Source: Antedon mediterranea (taxonomy: Eukaryota > Animalia > Echinodermata). From it: a DNA stretch of 64,000 bases. Below, piece by piece: positions 50,363-62,359 of this stretch (within the stretch, counting starts at the first letter, position 1; the number at the start of each line of letters is the position of its first letter). Below the pieces are notes generated by a model that ran no database searches, had not been told where the DNA came from, and worked only from the letters and a program-made list of their open reading frames with translations. Both the position numbers and the translations under genes were made by a program. The stretch lies in the NCBI RefSeq assembly GCF_964355755.1, contig NC_092673.1, positions 17,109,648-17,173,647 of the forward strand, written 5' to 3'.

Positions 50363-50931
50363 TTAATTCCGAATACCATAAAAGCCATAAGTAACAATGA
50401 AAATGTAAAGAATGCACAAACGGCGTTTCATAGTTATTGTTGGCTGGAAAAAATAAAAGTGGGCTGGTTTTTGGCTGGATTATTGTCATGTTGGCTAGCT
50501 TGACACAAGCCAACATCGAGGCATGCAACATCATAACAAATAATCTTTGACAACACGTGTGTGTACTGAAAACTAGTAGATATTTTTCATTAATTTTACC
50601 TTATTTATTAACTTAACAACGATATTATACGAAATTATTTAGAATGGCAGATTATATTCTTTGATTAGCATGGTTACACCTAGGCTATCTAGCCTAGGGC
50701 CAGGCCTAGGCTAGTAGGTAATTTGATATATCTAGTACGCTAGTACTAGCTAGGCCCTAGGCCTTAGGCCTAGAACTAGAGGCTAGGCCCTAGTACTAGG
50801 GAGTATGGTCGAAGCGGCCGCCAGTTTAATATCGTCATTTGTATGGAACGCCATATGCGCTTTAATCTTTGATTGTCGTTGTCAACGCCATGGCCTATGT
50901 ATGGCGAGTTGAGTTACAGCTAAATAAATAT

Positions 50932-52645
50932 GGTGTGTGACCGAAACGGCCGCCGACTGAAACGGCCGCCAACATTTTCTATGGGACGCCAATACCGCCG
51001 CAGCTACAACAAGCCAATGCAGTATTATAAACGTACAGTAAAGCCTATGAAACCGGTGAGAGAAAATAAATGAAACCAACCAATATATGTTTAAGAATAA
51101 AATCAAAGAATAAACGTATTTTTTAGTTAAGTTTTTAAAAAAATAATGTTTATTATAATAATTCACCATTCTAAGCGCAATATAAATTTATTTAACGTAT
51201 TCAAACAAATACTGTATCAATTATTGAAGTTGAAATAGGCAAAACAAATACAAATGTAGGCCTACTGTAATAATATTAATATATGTTATGTAGTAAAGCT
51301 ATTTATATTGTTACTTATTAGGTCTATAGTAAATTCAATAACATATGAAATTGTGGAATAATATTCAAACATTCTAACGTGCAAATAAAGCACTTTAAAT
51401 GAAGTTGTGTCCTATTGTTTTACTATTATGTGTATCAACAACACCTTCGCGGGGCTAATTGTTTTGAATTTATGTTAGATGTTAGCGCATTAACCGCGCC
51501 TAGTCACATTATCTGTGGAGCTCCGCGTATCGGCGTCATCTAACATTACATAAAGACAATAATCTATTATTTGCACAGAAATGCCACGCACTTTTTGGTG
51601 CTTGCGTTTTCCTTTAAAATGGAGTTTTTTCCAATTGAACATTACTTGTTATCAAATTATCAACACTAGATGGTACGCTCGCTTCGCTCGCGTACCATCT
51701 AGGTCGTGCCCACAGATGGTTCTCGAATACATAATAATTTCAGCGTTAAAAAACTGGCGATTTCAAATGTACGTACCGCAGGACAATAATACATGTCGTG
51801 TACAGGAACGAATAAATAGACACTGTGATTTATGTACTCAACTAAAATTAGCACCCTATTACTTCCGAAAGAGTAACTTGTCACAAAATAAGACCAATTG
51901 TTTAAGTCAAATTTAAACAAACTTAATTTGTGTTTTGTATGTAACATTAGGGTTGAGGGATGGGGAAGAGGATGGGTGCAAAGAGGAACAATGTTAAAAT
52001 ATATTCTTTATCCATTTAGTAACGAAATATTAATTGCTTTCATGTTTTACAAATAATATACCACTAAACACAGTAAAACATTGCGATGTAATACTTTGTT
52101 GAAACTATCACCGTCCTAGTCGATTGAAATAGTACAGCACATGTAACGATACATCACTACCACGTGTATATGTTTATAATATAATGTAAAACAATTTGTG
52201 AAAACCACCTCTATTCGGGGAAAATCATAAATTCGATTTAATCGTCAATAAATATTAAATTATCTAACTAGTACTAGGAAGAATTTAGATTTTAATATAA
52301 TAGTAATTATTTATCATTTATTTTGTCAAATTCCAATTCTTTTCCTTACACTTTTACTGTATAGGCCTACATTTAAAAAATATATAAAAAACCCAACTAT
52401 GTTTACACAACATTCATTATTATACATTAAACATAATAATACATAAATAATTAAAAAACATCTATCTGTTTAATATTTATTAAGTCACATACGTCTAAAG
52501 TCATTTCAATCTGAAAAAAAAGTAAAACAATTGTATTAAACCACACGTCGTTTTGTATGACAAACGGCACACGCGGCGTTTCATACATTTAATTGCGTTT
52601 CAATTGGCGGCCGTTTCAGTTGGCGGCCGTTTCGGCTGTAAACCC
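50932..52645. mobile_element. Related TIR element nested in the MULE-like element
   Basis: CCGAAACGGCCGCCGACTGAAACGGCCGCCAA at ~50941 and TTGGCGGCCGTTTCAGTTGGCGGCCGTTTCGG at ~52604-52635. TSD not seen. Confidence 0.55.
51666..51702 (-). mobile_element. Helitron-like 3' hairpin (minus strand, ends CTAG|T)
   Basis: Perfect 13-bp stem CTAGATGGTACGC/GCGTACCATCTAG around TCGCTTCGCTC. Confidence 0.45.
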
Positions 52646-52811
52646 GTAAGCCAACTCATGTACTATCAAATCTTTATATTTCTATAATAATTAAGTTTGC
52701 CTGCCGATTCTTACCTTTAGTGATTCTTACCTTTAGTGATTAAAAGAGGCTGTGATAAATCAATGTATATTTTATTTGTATTTACTATTAACTAATACAT
52801 ATATCGAAATA

Positions 52812-53870
52812 TATTTTGCCGAACCTTTATATCTCGTTTATATACTATTGAATCCTTATACAGTATTGCAATAATAATAATTTACGTACGGTATTGCCGA
52901 ATCTTTATATCTCGTTTACATACTATCGAATTTTATACAGTATTGCAATAATAATTTACGTACGGTATTGCCGAATATTTATATCTCATTTACATTTAAC
53001 TATCGAATTTTATACAGTATTGCAATAATAATTTACGTACGGTATTGCCGAATATTTATATCTCATTTACATTTAACTATCGAATTTTATACAGTATTGC
53101 AATAATAATTTACGTACGGTATTGCCGAATATTTATATCTCATTTACATACTATCGAATTTTATACAGTATTGCATTAATAATTTACGTACGGTATTGCC
53201 GAATCTTTATATCTCGTTTACATACTATTGAATCTTTATACAGTATTGCAATAATAATTTACGTACGGTATTGCCGAATCTTTATATCTCATTTTTACAT
53301 ACTATCGAATCTTTATACAGTATTGCATTAATAATTTACGTACTGTACGGTTATTGCCGAATCTTGATATCTCATTTGACATATGTACTAATTATTGAAT
53401 CTTTATACAGTATTACATTAATAATTTACGTACGGTATGGCCGAATCTTGATATCTCATTTGACATACTATTGAATCTTTATACAGTATTGCATTAATAA
53501 TTTACGTACGGTATTGCCGAATCTTTTATATCTCATTTTTACATACTATCGAATCTTTATACAGTATTGCATTAATAATTTACGTACGGTATTGCCGAAT
53601 CTTGATATCTCATTTACAGACTTAATCGAATCTTTATACAGTATTGCATTAAATAATAATTTACGTATACGGTATTGCCGAATATTTATATCTTGTTTAC
53701 ATACTATCGAATCTTTATACAGTATTTCATTAATAATTTACGTACGGTATTGCCGAATATTTATATCTTGTTTACATACTATCGAATCTTTATACAGTAT
53801 TGCAATAATAATTTACGTACGGTATTGCCGAATATTTATATCTCATTTACATACTGTACTATCGAATCTA
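52812..53870. repeat. ~75-bp minisatellite, ~14 copies
   Basis: TATTGCCGAATCTTTATATCTCATTTACATACTATCGAATCTTTATACAGTATTGCAATAATAATTTACGTACGG repeated with indels. Confidence 0.93.
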
Positions 53871-54840
53871 AGTTTTTATTATTAGTATTAGGGTGTGTTA
53901 TACATTTAAGTGTTATTCCATTGTAATACATTGTTTGTGTTTTCAATAAAGCAACATGGGACGCGCACCTAATGTGCAGCAGCACTATTGCTGGCCGTCA
54001 GTCGAGTTATTAGCAGAAATTCGCGTAATTAATTACCGTATCAAACAGACACTTTCATCTTATTTTAGTATTTAAAACTCATTTTCAATTGATCAATATT
54101 TAAATATCTAAAGTAATAAAATAGTGTAGGGATATTAAATAAATTGCTGTCATCATGTTATTGTAATTAAATTATGATTGCGAACACTACTAGTTACTTT
54201 ACTAATTAATTAATATACAATAACAAATATTTTTAATTATTAATATATTTATATATTTTGATATACTTTATTGATTGGTTTATTTATATATAATTCTTAA
54301 TAATTGGCTTATTATTATATTATATTAATATACAATATAAACACCACAATGTATTTTATAGACTTTATTAAACATATATAGGCCTATATCATTTAGAACA
54401 GTTAAAATAAGTAATCATCGATTCGCCATTTCGTTTAAAAGAACGTACGCGTATCACATTCAATCTGTAAAAAAAAGAGAATAAATTACATAATAATGTA
54501 GATTGTTATTTACGTCCGAGGTAAAGAAAACCTGTCGAAACAATGACAATCAAAAATTACAAAACAACGACAATCAAAGCGCACACGGCGTTCCATACAG
54601 ATTTACCGTTATTGAACTAGCGGCCGCTTTAGTTGGCGGCCGCTTCGACCGTAATCCAGTACTAGTAGGGCATTGGTGGTTGCCTGTCAGTGTCCGTGTC
54701 TGCTGTATCATATGGGTCTGTTCTGTATGTAGTAGTAGGCCTGCTTAGAGGCTAGTAGTAGTAGCCTATATAGAGGCCTGTACGAATACAGATTTGTGCA
54801 GTTGGGGGCCTAATAAAGTGTGCTCTGCCTGACACTGATA

Positions 54841-55897
54841 GACCCCATTTACACTTCATCGACGATTTCTTAGTCGGCCCGACGCCGGCTTCCTTTTTAG
54901 CCCGCAATGTGTTTACACCTACCCAAAAAGCCGGCCTCGGCCCCTACTATTGTGTTTACACTTGCTCTCGCGGAAGAGTGCTCGATGATACGATTTCGCT
55001 ACATTCACGTCATATCCGCTCATGTGCGCCCACCCACAGTCTTAAAAAGTTAATATTATTAAACGTTGTCGATCTACACTAGGCCTATTGAAATTTAGCA
55101 AAAAAGAATCAAATAACAGTATTTAATATGGATCAAAACAATTGTATTATTGCTTTACTACTAATATTTGCGTCTCGTTTTCTGAAGAATAGTAGTAGAT
55201 CAATACGCCTTTTTCGTGAAACGGAAGACATTTTCGATCGATGACAAATAATGCCGTGCAACGAAGCGTAACCAACAGAAATAACATAGCGTTTTCAGCC
55301 TATTTTCTGAGGACAAGTTACTCCGTTAATTCGTTACTCCTCAACGGACACCCGTATGGACAAAATTTTTACTGTAAAATGTTCTTTAAAGATTAGCCTA
55401 CATAACTGTGTGATTGAAAAAAATTAGAAAATTTGTTTTCACTTCAAGGCCATCGAAAAAAAAACACCACAGTGTATAAGCATAGGTGCCGCATGGTGTC
55501 CTGAAATCCCCTGAAAACGCTATGTTATTTCTGTTGGTTACGCTTCATTGCACGGCATTGTTTGTCATCGATCGAAGATGTCTTCCGTTTCATGAAAAAA
55601 GGCGTATACATCTTCACCAATTTAATTTCAATGAAGAATTCCCGTTCATCAGCAATAAGTTTCGTAAACTTTAAACTAATGGTTGACCCATAACGTTCAT
55701 TTTATGACCGCGAGTGTTTACGCTATACGAAGTGCCGGCCCGAAGCCTGCAATTGCTGGCCCGAAGCCTACTCTAGACTAGGCTAAAAATTGAGCCGGCT
55801 CGAGGCCGGCTCGGTTGTTCCCAGAGTGTTTACACTTGTGCACTTTTGGCTCGGAGCCGGCCTCGGGCTCGCTAAAAGCTGAAGTGTAAATGGGGTC
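54841..55897. mobile_element. PIF/Harbinger-like non-autonomous element
   Basis: TIR GACCCCATTTACACTTCA / TGAAGTGTAAATGGGGTC, subterminal GTGTTTACAC and GCCGGC repeats. Flanks ATA/TTA (imperfect TWA TSD). Confidence 0.7.
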
Positions 55898-58256
55898 TTA
55901 GTGTTATATTATTAATTTGGCCAGAAGGCCCCTGTCCTGCTTCCAAAGATAACCAGATAATCCACGACTGCGTTTGAAATTGGTCATGTTTCGAATTGGC
56001 TGCTTTTCGAATCAGTTAGGTACCCAATATATAATTTATTGATATTCTGGAAAAAATGATAAATAATAATGATATAGGCCTACATTCCAAAATTTATAAA
56101 TTTTATAAAATTCATATTAATTTCTCATTTTTGGAGGAATCTTCCCACATTTTATATGTTTTTTACTTGCTGTATCCCAACACTTGCATGTTTTGTTCAT
56201 AAATAAAATTAACAGTTGACAGAATATAAAGTGGATGTGTAAACAATACGCACCTCGTGAAAAGTGCAGGTAATTGTTTATTTGTTGAGTTTGTACGTTA
56301 CATCCTTATTGCGTCGCAATACTGGAGACCATTAACTGATATACGTAGATTTTAAAAGTGGAATCCATGGGCTTTGATCAGTAAAAACACATACGAAGAT
56401 GAACCAGCTGAAGTAGTCGAAATGTGCAGCTCATAAATCCGACATGAAAATGACATTGTTATTGTTATTGATACATTGCCCATGTATTTTGGTCACTGCA
56501 CCGCTTTTGCACAATTCAAAGTTACGAAAAGAATTCCTTGCTCAAATTGTAAATAATATTGCTGTGTTTTTTAATGAAGTTAAACAGCCTAAATAAATTG
56601 CACAAGAAAATCTGTTACACAACCTAATGAGGAACATACATGAAATCCCTATAATCGCACAGCCAACCACTTTACTTTCCAAACATGGTAAATGCTCCTC
56701 AACAAGAGGAGTTGTGTGTGATTTGTATGCAAGTCCTGGGTGAGCTATTGTACCATGGATGAGCTATTGCACCATTGGTGACCTTAAAATCTAAAACATT
56801 GGCATTGCTACTATACTAGTGATACAGTAACTCACTGCCAGTTAGTAATCTACAGTAAGTTCTGCAGACACTGGGCAACGGCAAAGTTTGTATCGTGAAA
56901 CATTTGAAGTGCCACAGGGTGCCTTGAGGGACTGAAAATATTGGAATCAGTAATTTAAGCCAGGCCGCTTTATTGGGTATTATATTAGTTGTATATTACA
57001 TTCCAGTTGATGAAGTAATTGGTGTTAATATACTAAATAACTAGATATCAATATCAATCAATATGTTATTACAAAATAGAACAAAAAAAGTAATTACAAG
57101 CATTTTTAAATAAATCAGTCTACCTTTAGGCATAATACTGTGCATGTTCACAAGTATTCCATGCATCAAGTACTTTAGTACACTTTGGACATCAACAATT
57201 TAATAATTATCATCGTCAAATTGACTTTCCACCTGCATTGAAATTAAATAATATTTTGTCAATTTTTAATTTTCTTTTTTTCTCTAAGTTCATGTCAAGC
57301 AATTTCTGTAACTATTTCATACACATCTGTCTAATGAGTGTTCTTTTTGAATTACTTATCCTAATTTAGTAATTTAGTCTAGGTTATTAGTAAAAAGATA
57401 ACTGGTATAGTAGTAGATCGGAATGCCCGATAATTATAAAAGGTATATCCACTGGCTTCTATTGTGCTGACTCACGCGAAGGCAGCAATCGTCAGGTTTT
57501 TATTCAATCAATGACAATCAGTAATTTCCATACATATTTACATGTGTGACTAATCACTACAATTGCCACAGTGGCGTTTCATACATAAAAGCACAAAATC
57601 AAAACGCTGACTGGTGGACTAACATAAAAAAAAAGAGAATAACTACAGACTTGGGGAAAGTTTAATATTAGGGCAACTAATCTTTGTTATATGGATATGT
57701 TGTAATAAAATGGTATTAGTATAAAGATATTCAAAGTTCATCCTATTTATTATCACTTTGGTACAATATTGACTGATTGACTATTGACAAAGTTTATTAT
57801 CACTGTGCGTAAATATAACCAAAAAAATGTAATTGTACCGAACAGTAATAAACTGCTGTGTTCTAGTAATACTATCTTTGTTGAACATTAGAATATCTCA
57901 TATTTCACAGAGCAATGTAGGCCTAAAGACAGAAATAAATAAATGAGTATTAAGGTCTATTAGTTAAAAACAAAATATCTCTTTATTATATGTTGAAGAT
58001 TCATACTGAAGACATTAGTAATACACTTTTTTTTTATAAGAAAGCACATTTATCAAATAAATAAATAAACTGCTGCTGTGTATTGACAAGTTTACTGTAT
58101 TCATTTTCACCATTCAAATATAATATCTCCATAATTAATGCATCATATCATTAGCATCACTTCCTAATATCATAATCACTATTATAATTATATACCGTAT
58201 ACCAAAATAGAGATTGTAGTGTTGTACAATGAAATCTGTGGTGTTTAATTGGAATA

Positions 58257-58570
58257 ATTAGTCATTGCATTATCTTTATTATCATTGTTGAACATTGAAA
58301 TACAATGCTTAAATTAAATCTCTAAGATTATCTGATAACAAATTGTGTAGCAGGAACTCAATAGATAATAATTATATAAATTTAAAAGTTAGTTTTCTGT
58401 ATAAATGCACTTATATTGAACTTGTTATAATTATCAACATAATCGGTTACTTTTAACTAATTGGATTCATTAATCATTGCATTATCTTTGTTGAACATTG
58501 AAATACAATATTAAATCTCTAGTTAAGATTTTTGATAACAAATTGTGTAGTAGCAGAAACTCAATAAATA
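58257..58570. repeat. Local repeat family (tandem copies here, another at ~61138-61335, inverted piece at ~61392-61464)
   Basis: Shared TCATTGCATTATCTTTGTTGAACATTGAAATAC and GTTAGTTTTCTGTATAAATGCACTTATATTGAACTTGTTAT blocks. Confidence 0.75.
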
Positions 58571-59225
58571 GATTACCGGGGCGTTTATTCAGGGGAGGCA
58601 TTTTTTTTTTTTTATGTAATTTGGTAATGTGTATAATCAAATAAATACCCCAGATATGAAAAAATACACCATGATTTATATAACAAGAAATATTTCTTAC
58701 AAAAAACGCCGCGTAACTTTTTGACTGGGCAGTTGTAAGAACACAGTCTTCATTAATCTAATATAATAGGTCGGCCAATCAAAACGCAAGTGAACAATTG
58801 GGACTTTACTTGTGATTTATGTCATTGGCCTGTCAGCACAGTCCTTTCTTTCTAGAATTAAACGCACAAACTTGTATTGGGAATAATGTATGTGGTTATT
58901 ACTATCGCATTTAGGTATTGATAATAATAATAATATGGCTTTTGAATATAATTACTGTCTGTAGAATAACATTTATACATTTTCGGTTCGCGATCAAAGT
59001 TATATGAATGGATTTGTAATAGGTATTTATAATAATAGTATATGGGTTGTATTATTGCTAAGCTATCACCAAATCGCTTTATAACATTATTTCTCAGGGT
59101 TTTTTGCACCATTGATCAATACCAAACGCGTATCGGTATTATAGTTTTTAATGAATCATTACATTAATAAAAATACCCAATTAAATCAATCGCGTCAGTC
59201 CAATTCCGACTTATGTTTCGATCAC

Positions 59226-59384
59226 ATAGTTCTGTGTCTACACTGTCCCAATTAGTTTAACAAAAAAAGTGTGATGTGCCCAAATATGGTAGTGATATGC
59301 CCGAATATCGTAGTGATATGACATCGTCATGTCTATATAATATGGGCACATCATATTTAGTTTGATAGTATAGACAAAGCTTAA
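59226..59384. mobile_element. Short MITE
   Basis: Imperfect TIR (TGTCTACACTGTC / GATAGTATAGACA) and an internal IR TGATGTGCCCA / TGGGCACATCA. Confidence 0.55.
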
Positions 59385-59404
59385 GGATTATATTTAAAAA
59401 ATGT

Positions 59405-59690
59405 TTTCTTACATTTTGAACGGAAGTATTTATTTGTTTATAAGCCCAATTTCCCAGTCTTAATTTTACATTTTGAAAAAAAGTATTTATTTGTTTATAA
59501 GCCCAATTTTCCAGTCTTAATTTTACATTTTGAAAAAAAGTATTTTATTTGTTGATAAGCCCAATTGTGCAGTCTTATTTTACATTTTGAACGAAAGTAT
59601 TTATTTGTTGATAAGCCCAATTTTGCATTCTTATTTTACATTTTAAATGAAAGTATTTATTTGTTGATAAGCCGAATTTTCCAGTTTAAT
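59405..59690. repeat. ~57-bp minisatellite, ~5 copies, partly duplicated with its flank at ~60230-60485
   Basis: TTTTACATTTTGAACGAAAGTATTTATTTGTTGATAAGCCCAATTTT..AGTCTTA repeated. Confidence 0.85.
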
Positions 59691-61802
59691 AATAATGACC
59701 CCTTCCACAGTGCTTATACCATATACATTTTACATGATATTGACCGTGGGTTCTTTACGCCTCTGATGCATTTGTTTTTATTGTACCTTTTTAATAAATT
59801 ATTATATGTTTAGGCCTAATCACACCCAATTTAATGAAACGGTCAGATTCCGATTTCAATTGAACGAAAGTAGTACTGTATTTATTATTCATTGATAAGC
59901 CAAGGGTCCCATGGCGTTAGCTGATATCTTGAGCATTTGACTCTTGTGTGAACCTGTAACACAAATCATTCTTCAAAATCTAAAGAAGGAACCTCACACG
60001 TCTTTTTTGTGAGTGATACACTATAGATATGCCCACGGAAATAATATGTGGACATTGCAAACAATCATAGGCCTACAGTAACAAACATAGAATGGCTAAT
60101 AAGCATAACATTCAGACTTGCTTGTTTTCTAGTGGATTTTTATTTACTTTAGCATGTAGAATAAAACTAGTAACAGTGGCTATATTAATAATTATACTGA
60201 TTATCCTTGATGTTATCGCGTCTAATAATAAAATATTTTGTTGTTGATAAGCCCAATTTTTCAGCCTTGATTTTACATTTTGAACGAAAGTATTTATTTG
60301 TTGATAAGCCCAATTTTGCAGTCTTAATAATGACCCTTCACAGTGCATTTTACATGATATTGACCGAGGGTTTTTACGCCTCTATAGCCACTGATCAATA
60401 CCATAATTAATGTACTTTTTTAAATGAATATTGAAATGTTTCAACATACCCAATTAAAAAAAACGGTCCGTTTTCGAGTTCAATCTTTTGATTAGAGAGG
60501 TTGGAGTTTCATTTTGAATTATAACATTGGCCTAGATTGACAGTCATAAAAAAGAAAGTCATTGTAAATACTTCCCTTTATGTTGACAGAGCCAAAATAA
60601 AGTTTTGACCATTATCGAATGATTATTTGACAGTGACTTATTATAATACCGGCCTGGTTGACAGCAAAAACGAAGTTATTATTTATTAAACAAGATTTTA
60701 CAGATTTCCGTCTACATCTCAATAATACTGTATTATCAACAAAGGCTTTCATATAGACTCTCTTCTCCCAGACGTTTTTTGGGTCCAGCAGCTACCTATA
60801 AATTATAGTCGAGTTTCCAAATTCACAAAACTGTCAGCCTTAGATACTAAAGCTACCGCTATGAAACAGCTTATTAATGAATGTGTCCTCCTGGGACATA
60901 GCTGGCTAGAGCCGCGGCGCGAAAAACTGAACTACACTAAAAATTGTATCAAAATGCTTGGTAAATTGTAGATCATGTCAATCAATGAATTCTACTGCAA
61001 ATATAAATGTGTTGTAGAACAACAATGCATGCAGCGGGGCGTTTATTCAAGAAAATAAATACCATATGGCATTTATTCAAGATGATGTTCTATTAATGTT
61101 TATTTAAAGCATGGCATATATTGGAATAAATAAATTAGTTAGTTTTCTGTATAAATGCACTTATATTGAACTTGTTATAAATGGTCACATCAGTGTCACA
61201 TTATCAATTTCATATCTCATAAATTTTTACTAATTGGATTCATTAGTCATTGCATTATCTTTGTTGAACATTGAAATACACTGCTTAAATTAAATCTCTA
61301 AGATTATCTGATAACAAATTGTGTAACAGAAACTAAAAATAATTATTTTATTAATTTCCTGATATAAAAATAATTGTTTTATTAGTTAATGTTGATACTG
61401 TGACACTAATGTGACCATTTATAATGATAACAAGTTCAATATAAGTGCATTTATGCAGAAAACTATCTGATAAATTTGAATAATGAGGGTTTGTTGAAGT
61501 AAACTGACAGATAGGGCGATATAATATAATTTTGTATTTAAACAGAAGATAAAGTAAATATCACCTGATTGTTTTACAACAGGAATAAGGCTATAAATGT
61601 TTGGTTTGGTGTTTTGATGTAGTACTGCAATATCAGACTGCTACTAGACCAGTGGATGGAAGAATCTTGAAATCCATAGCTGACAATTGTAATTTTTTGG
61701 TTACCAACAACTTTTTATAAATTCATTTGTGTGAGTTATATATTTTTTTTAAATTTCAGTAGATCCACCTGATTCCCAGTGCTGTATCTCCACATACTAT
61801 CT

Positions 61803-61949
61803 ATTTCCGAAGTATCATAGGAATATTTGGTAATACAGCATCACATGTGGTGCCTGTATCGTGTAAGGACGTTAAGGGTTAGGTTACTCTAGATACATGT
61901 GAAACACATGTGATGTTGTATTACAAAATATTCCTGATACTTCGGAAAT
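61803..61949. mobile_element. Hairpin MITE
   Basis: ~47-bp arms ATTTCCGAAGTATCATAGGAATATTTGGTAATACAGCATCACATGTG / CACATGTGATGTTGTATTACAAAATATTCCTGATACTTCGGAAAT; loop contains GGGTTAGGTTA. Confidence 0.65.
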
Positions 61950-62359
61950 CGATACAGTACCGAGAATCGGCTTGTAGATTAGTGATGTTAATTCTTGTTA
62001 CAACTATACATTATTTGGGCTGCTTTGTGAAATGCGTATTAGACTCAATACTCCAATATGCCTCTTCAAAGTTAGCTTGGATATCGCTCCTACTAGATGT
62101 ATGTTGATATAATGTATTAATCCTCAACAAGTAAACAAAAGCTGTTGGGTGATAATGTGTTTTGTATGTCATGATCTACTGTATAAACACTTTTACAACA
62201 GGCCTACGCAGTTAGTTAAAATATACTTTTTAAATCTAAATGCCCTGAAAAAATTATTTCAGACAGATATTTTAACAGGAGAGATTTAATGTTTAGCATT
62301 TTTGTTTTAAGAGAGGCATAATTGACTTGATTGGTAAATGAAGACGGTGTATTTTTAAA

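Larger units (their letters stand above)
35388..50497. mobile_element. Foldback-type element: ~130-bp outer TIRs extended inward by opposed ~181-bp satellite arrays
   Basis: TAGCCAACA..CCAGCCAACAATAACTATGAAACGC..GGAATTAAATATTTGTGAG at the left end and its reverse complement at ~50352-50497. No matching TSD seen (gta vs gct). Confidence 0.8.
50800..54657. mobile_element. Non-autonomous MULE/Mutator-like DNA element with nested repeats
   Basis: TIR GGAGTATGGTCGAAGCGGCCGCCA / TGGCGGCCGCTTCGACCGTAATCC. Exact 8-bp TSD AGTACTAG (50792-50799 and 54658-54665). GG..CC termini. Confidence 0.7.

Noticed and set aside
56690-56940. RING-like remnants (EELCVICMQ.. and ..YRETFEVPQG)
   Set aside because: Stops and frame changes, missing ligands and no consistent exon boundaries; at most a decayed fragment.
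57440-57500. Second hammerhead candidate on the minus strand (CUGACGA followed by a stem)
   Set aside because: GAAA core replaced by GAAG, and no convincing stem I or cleavage triplet.
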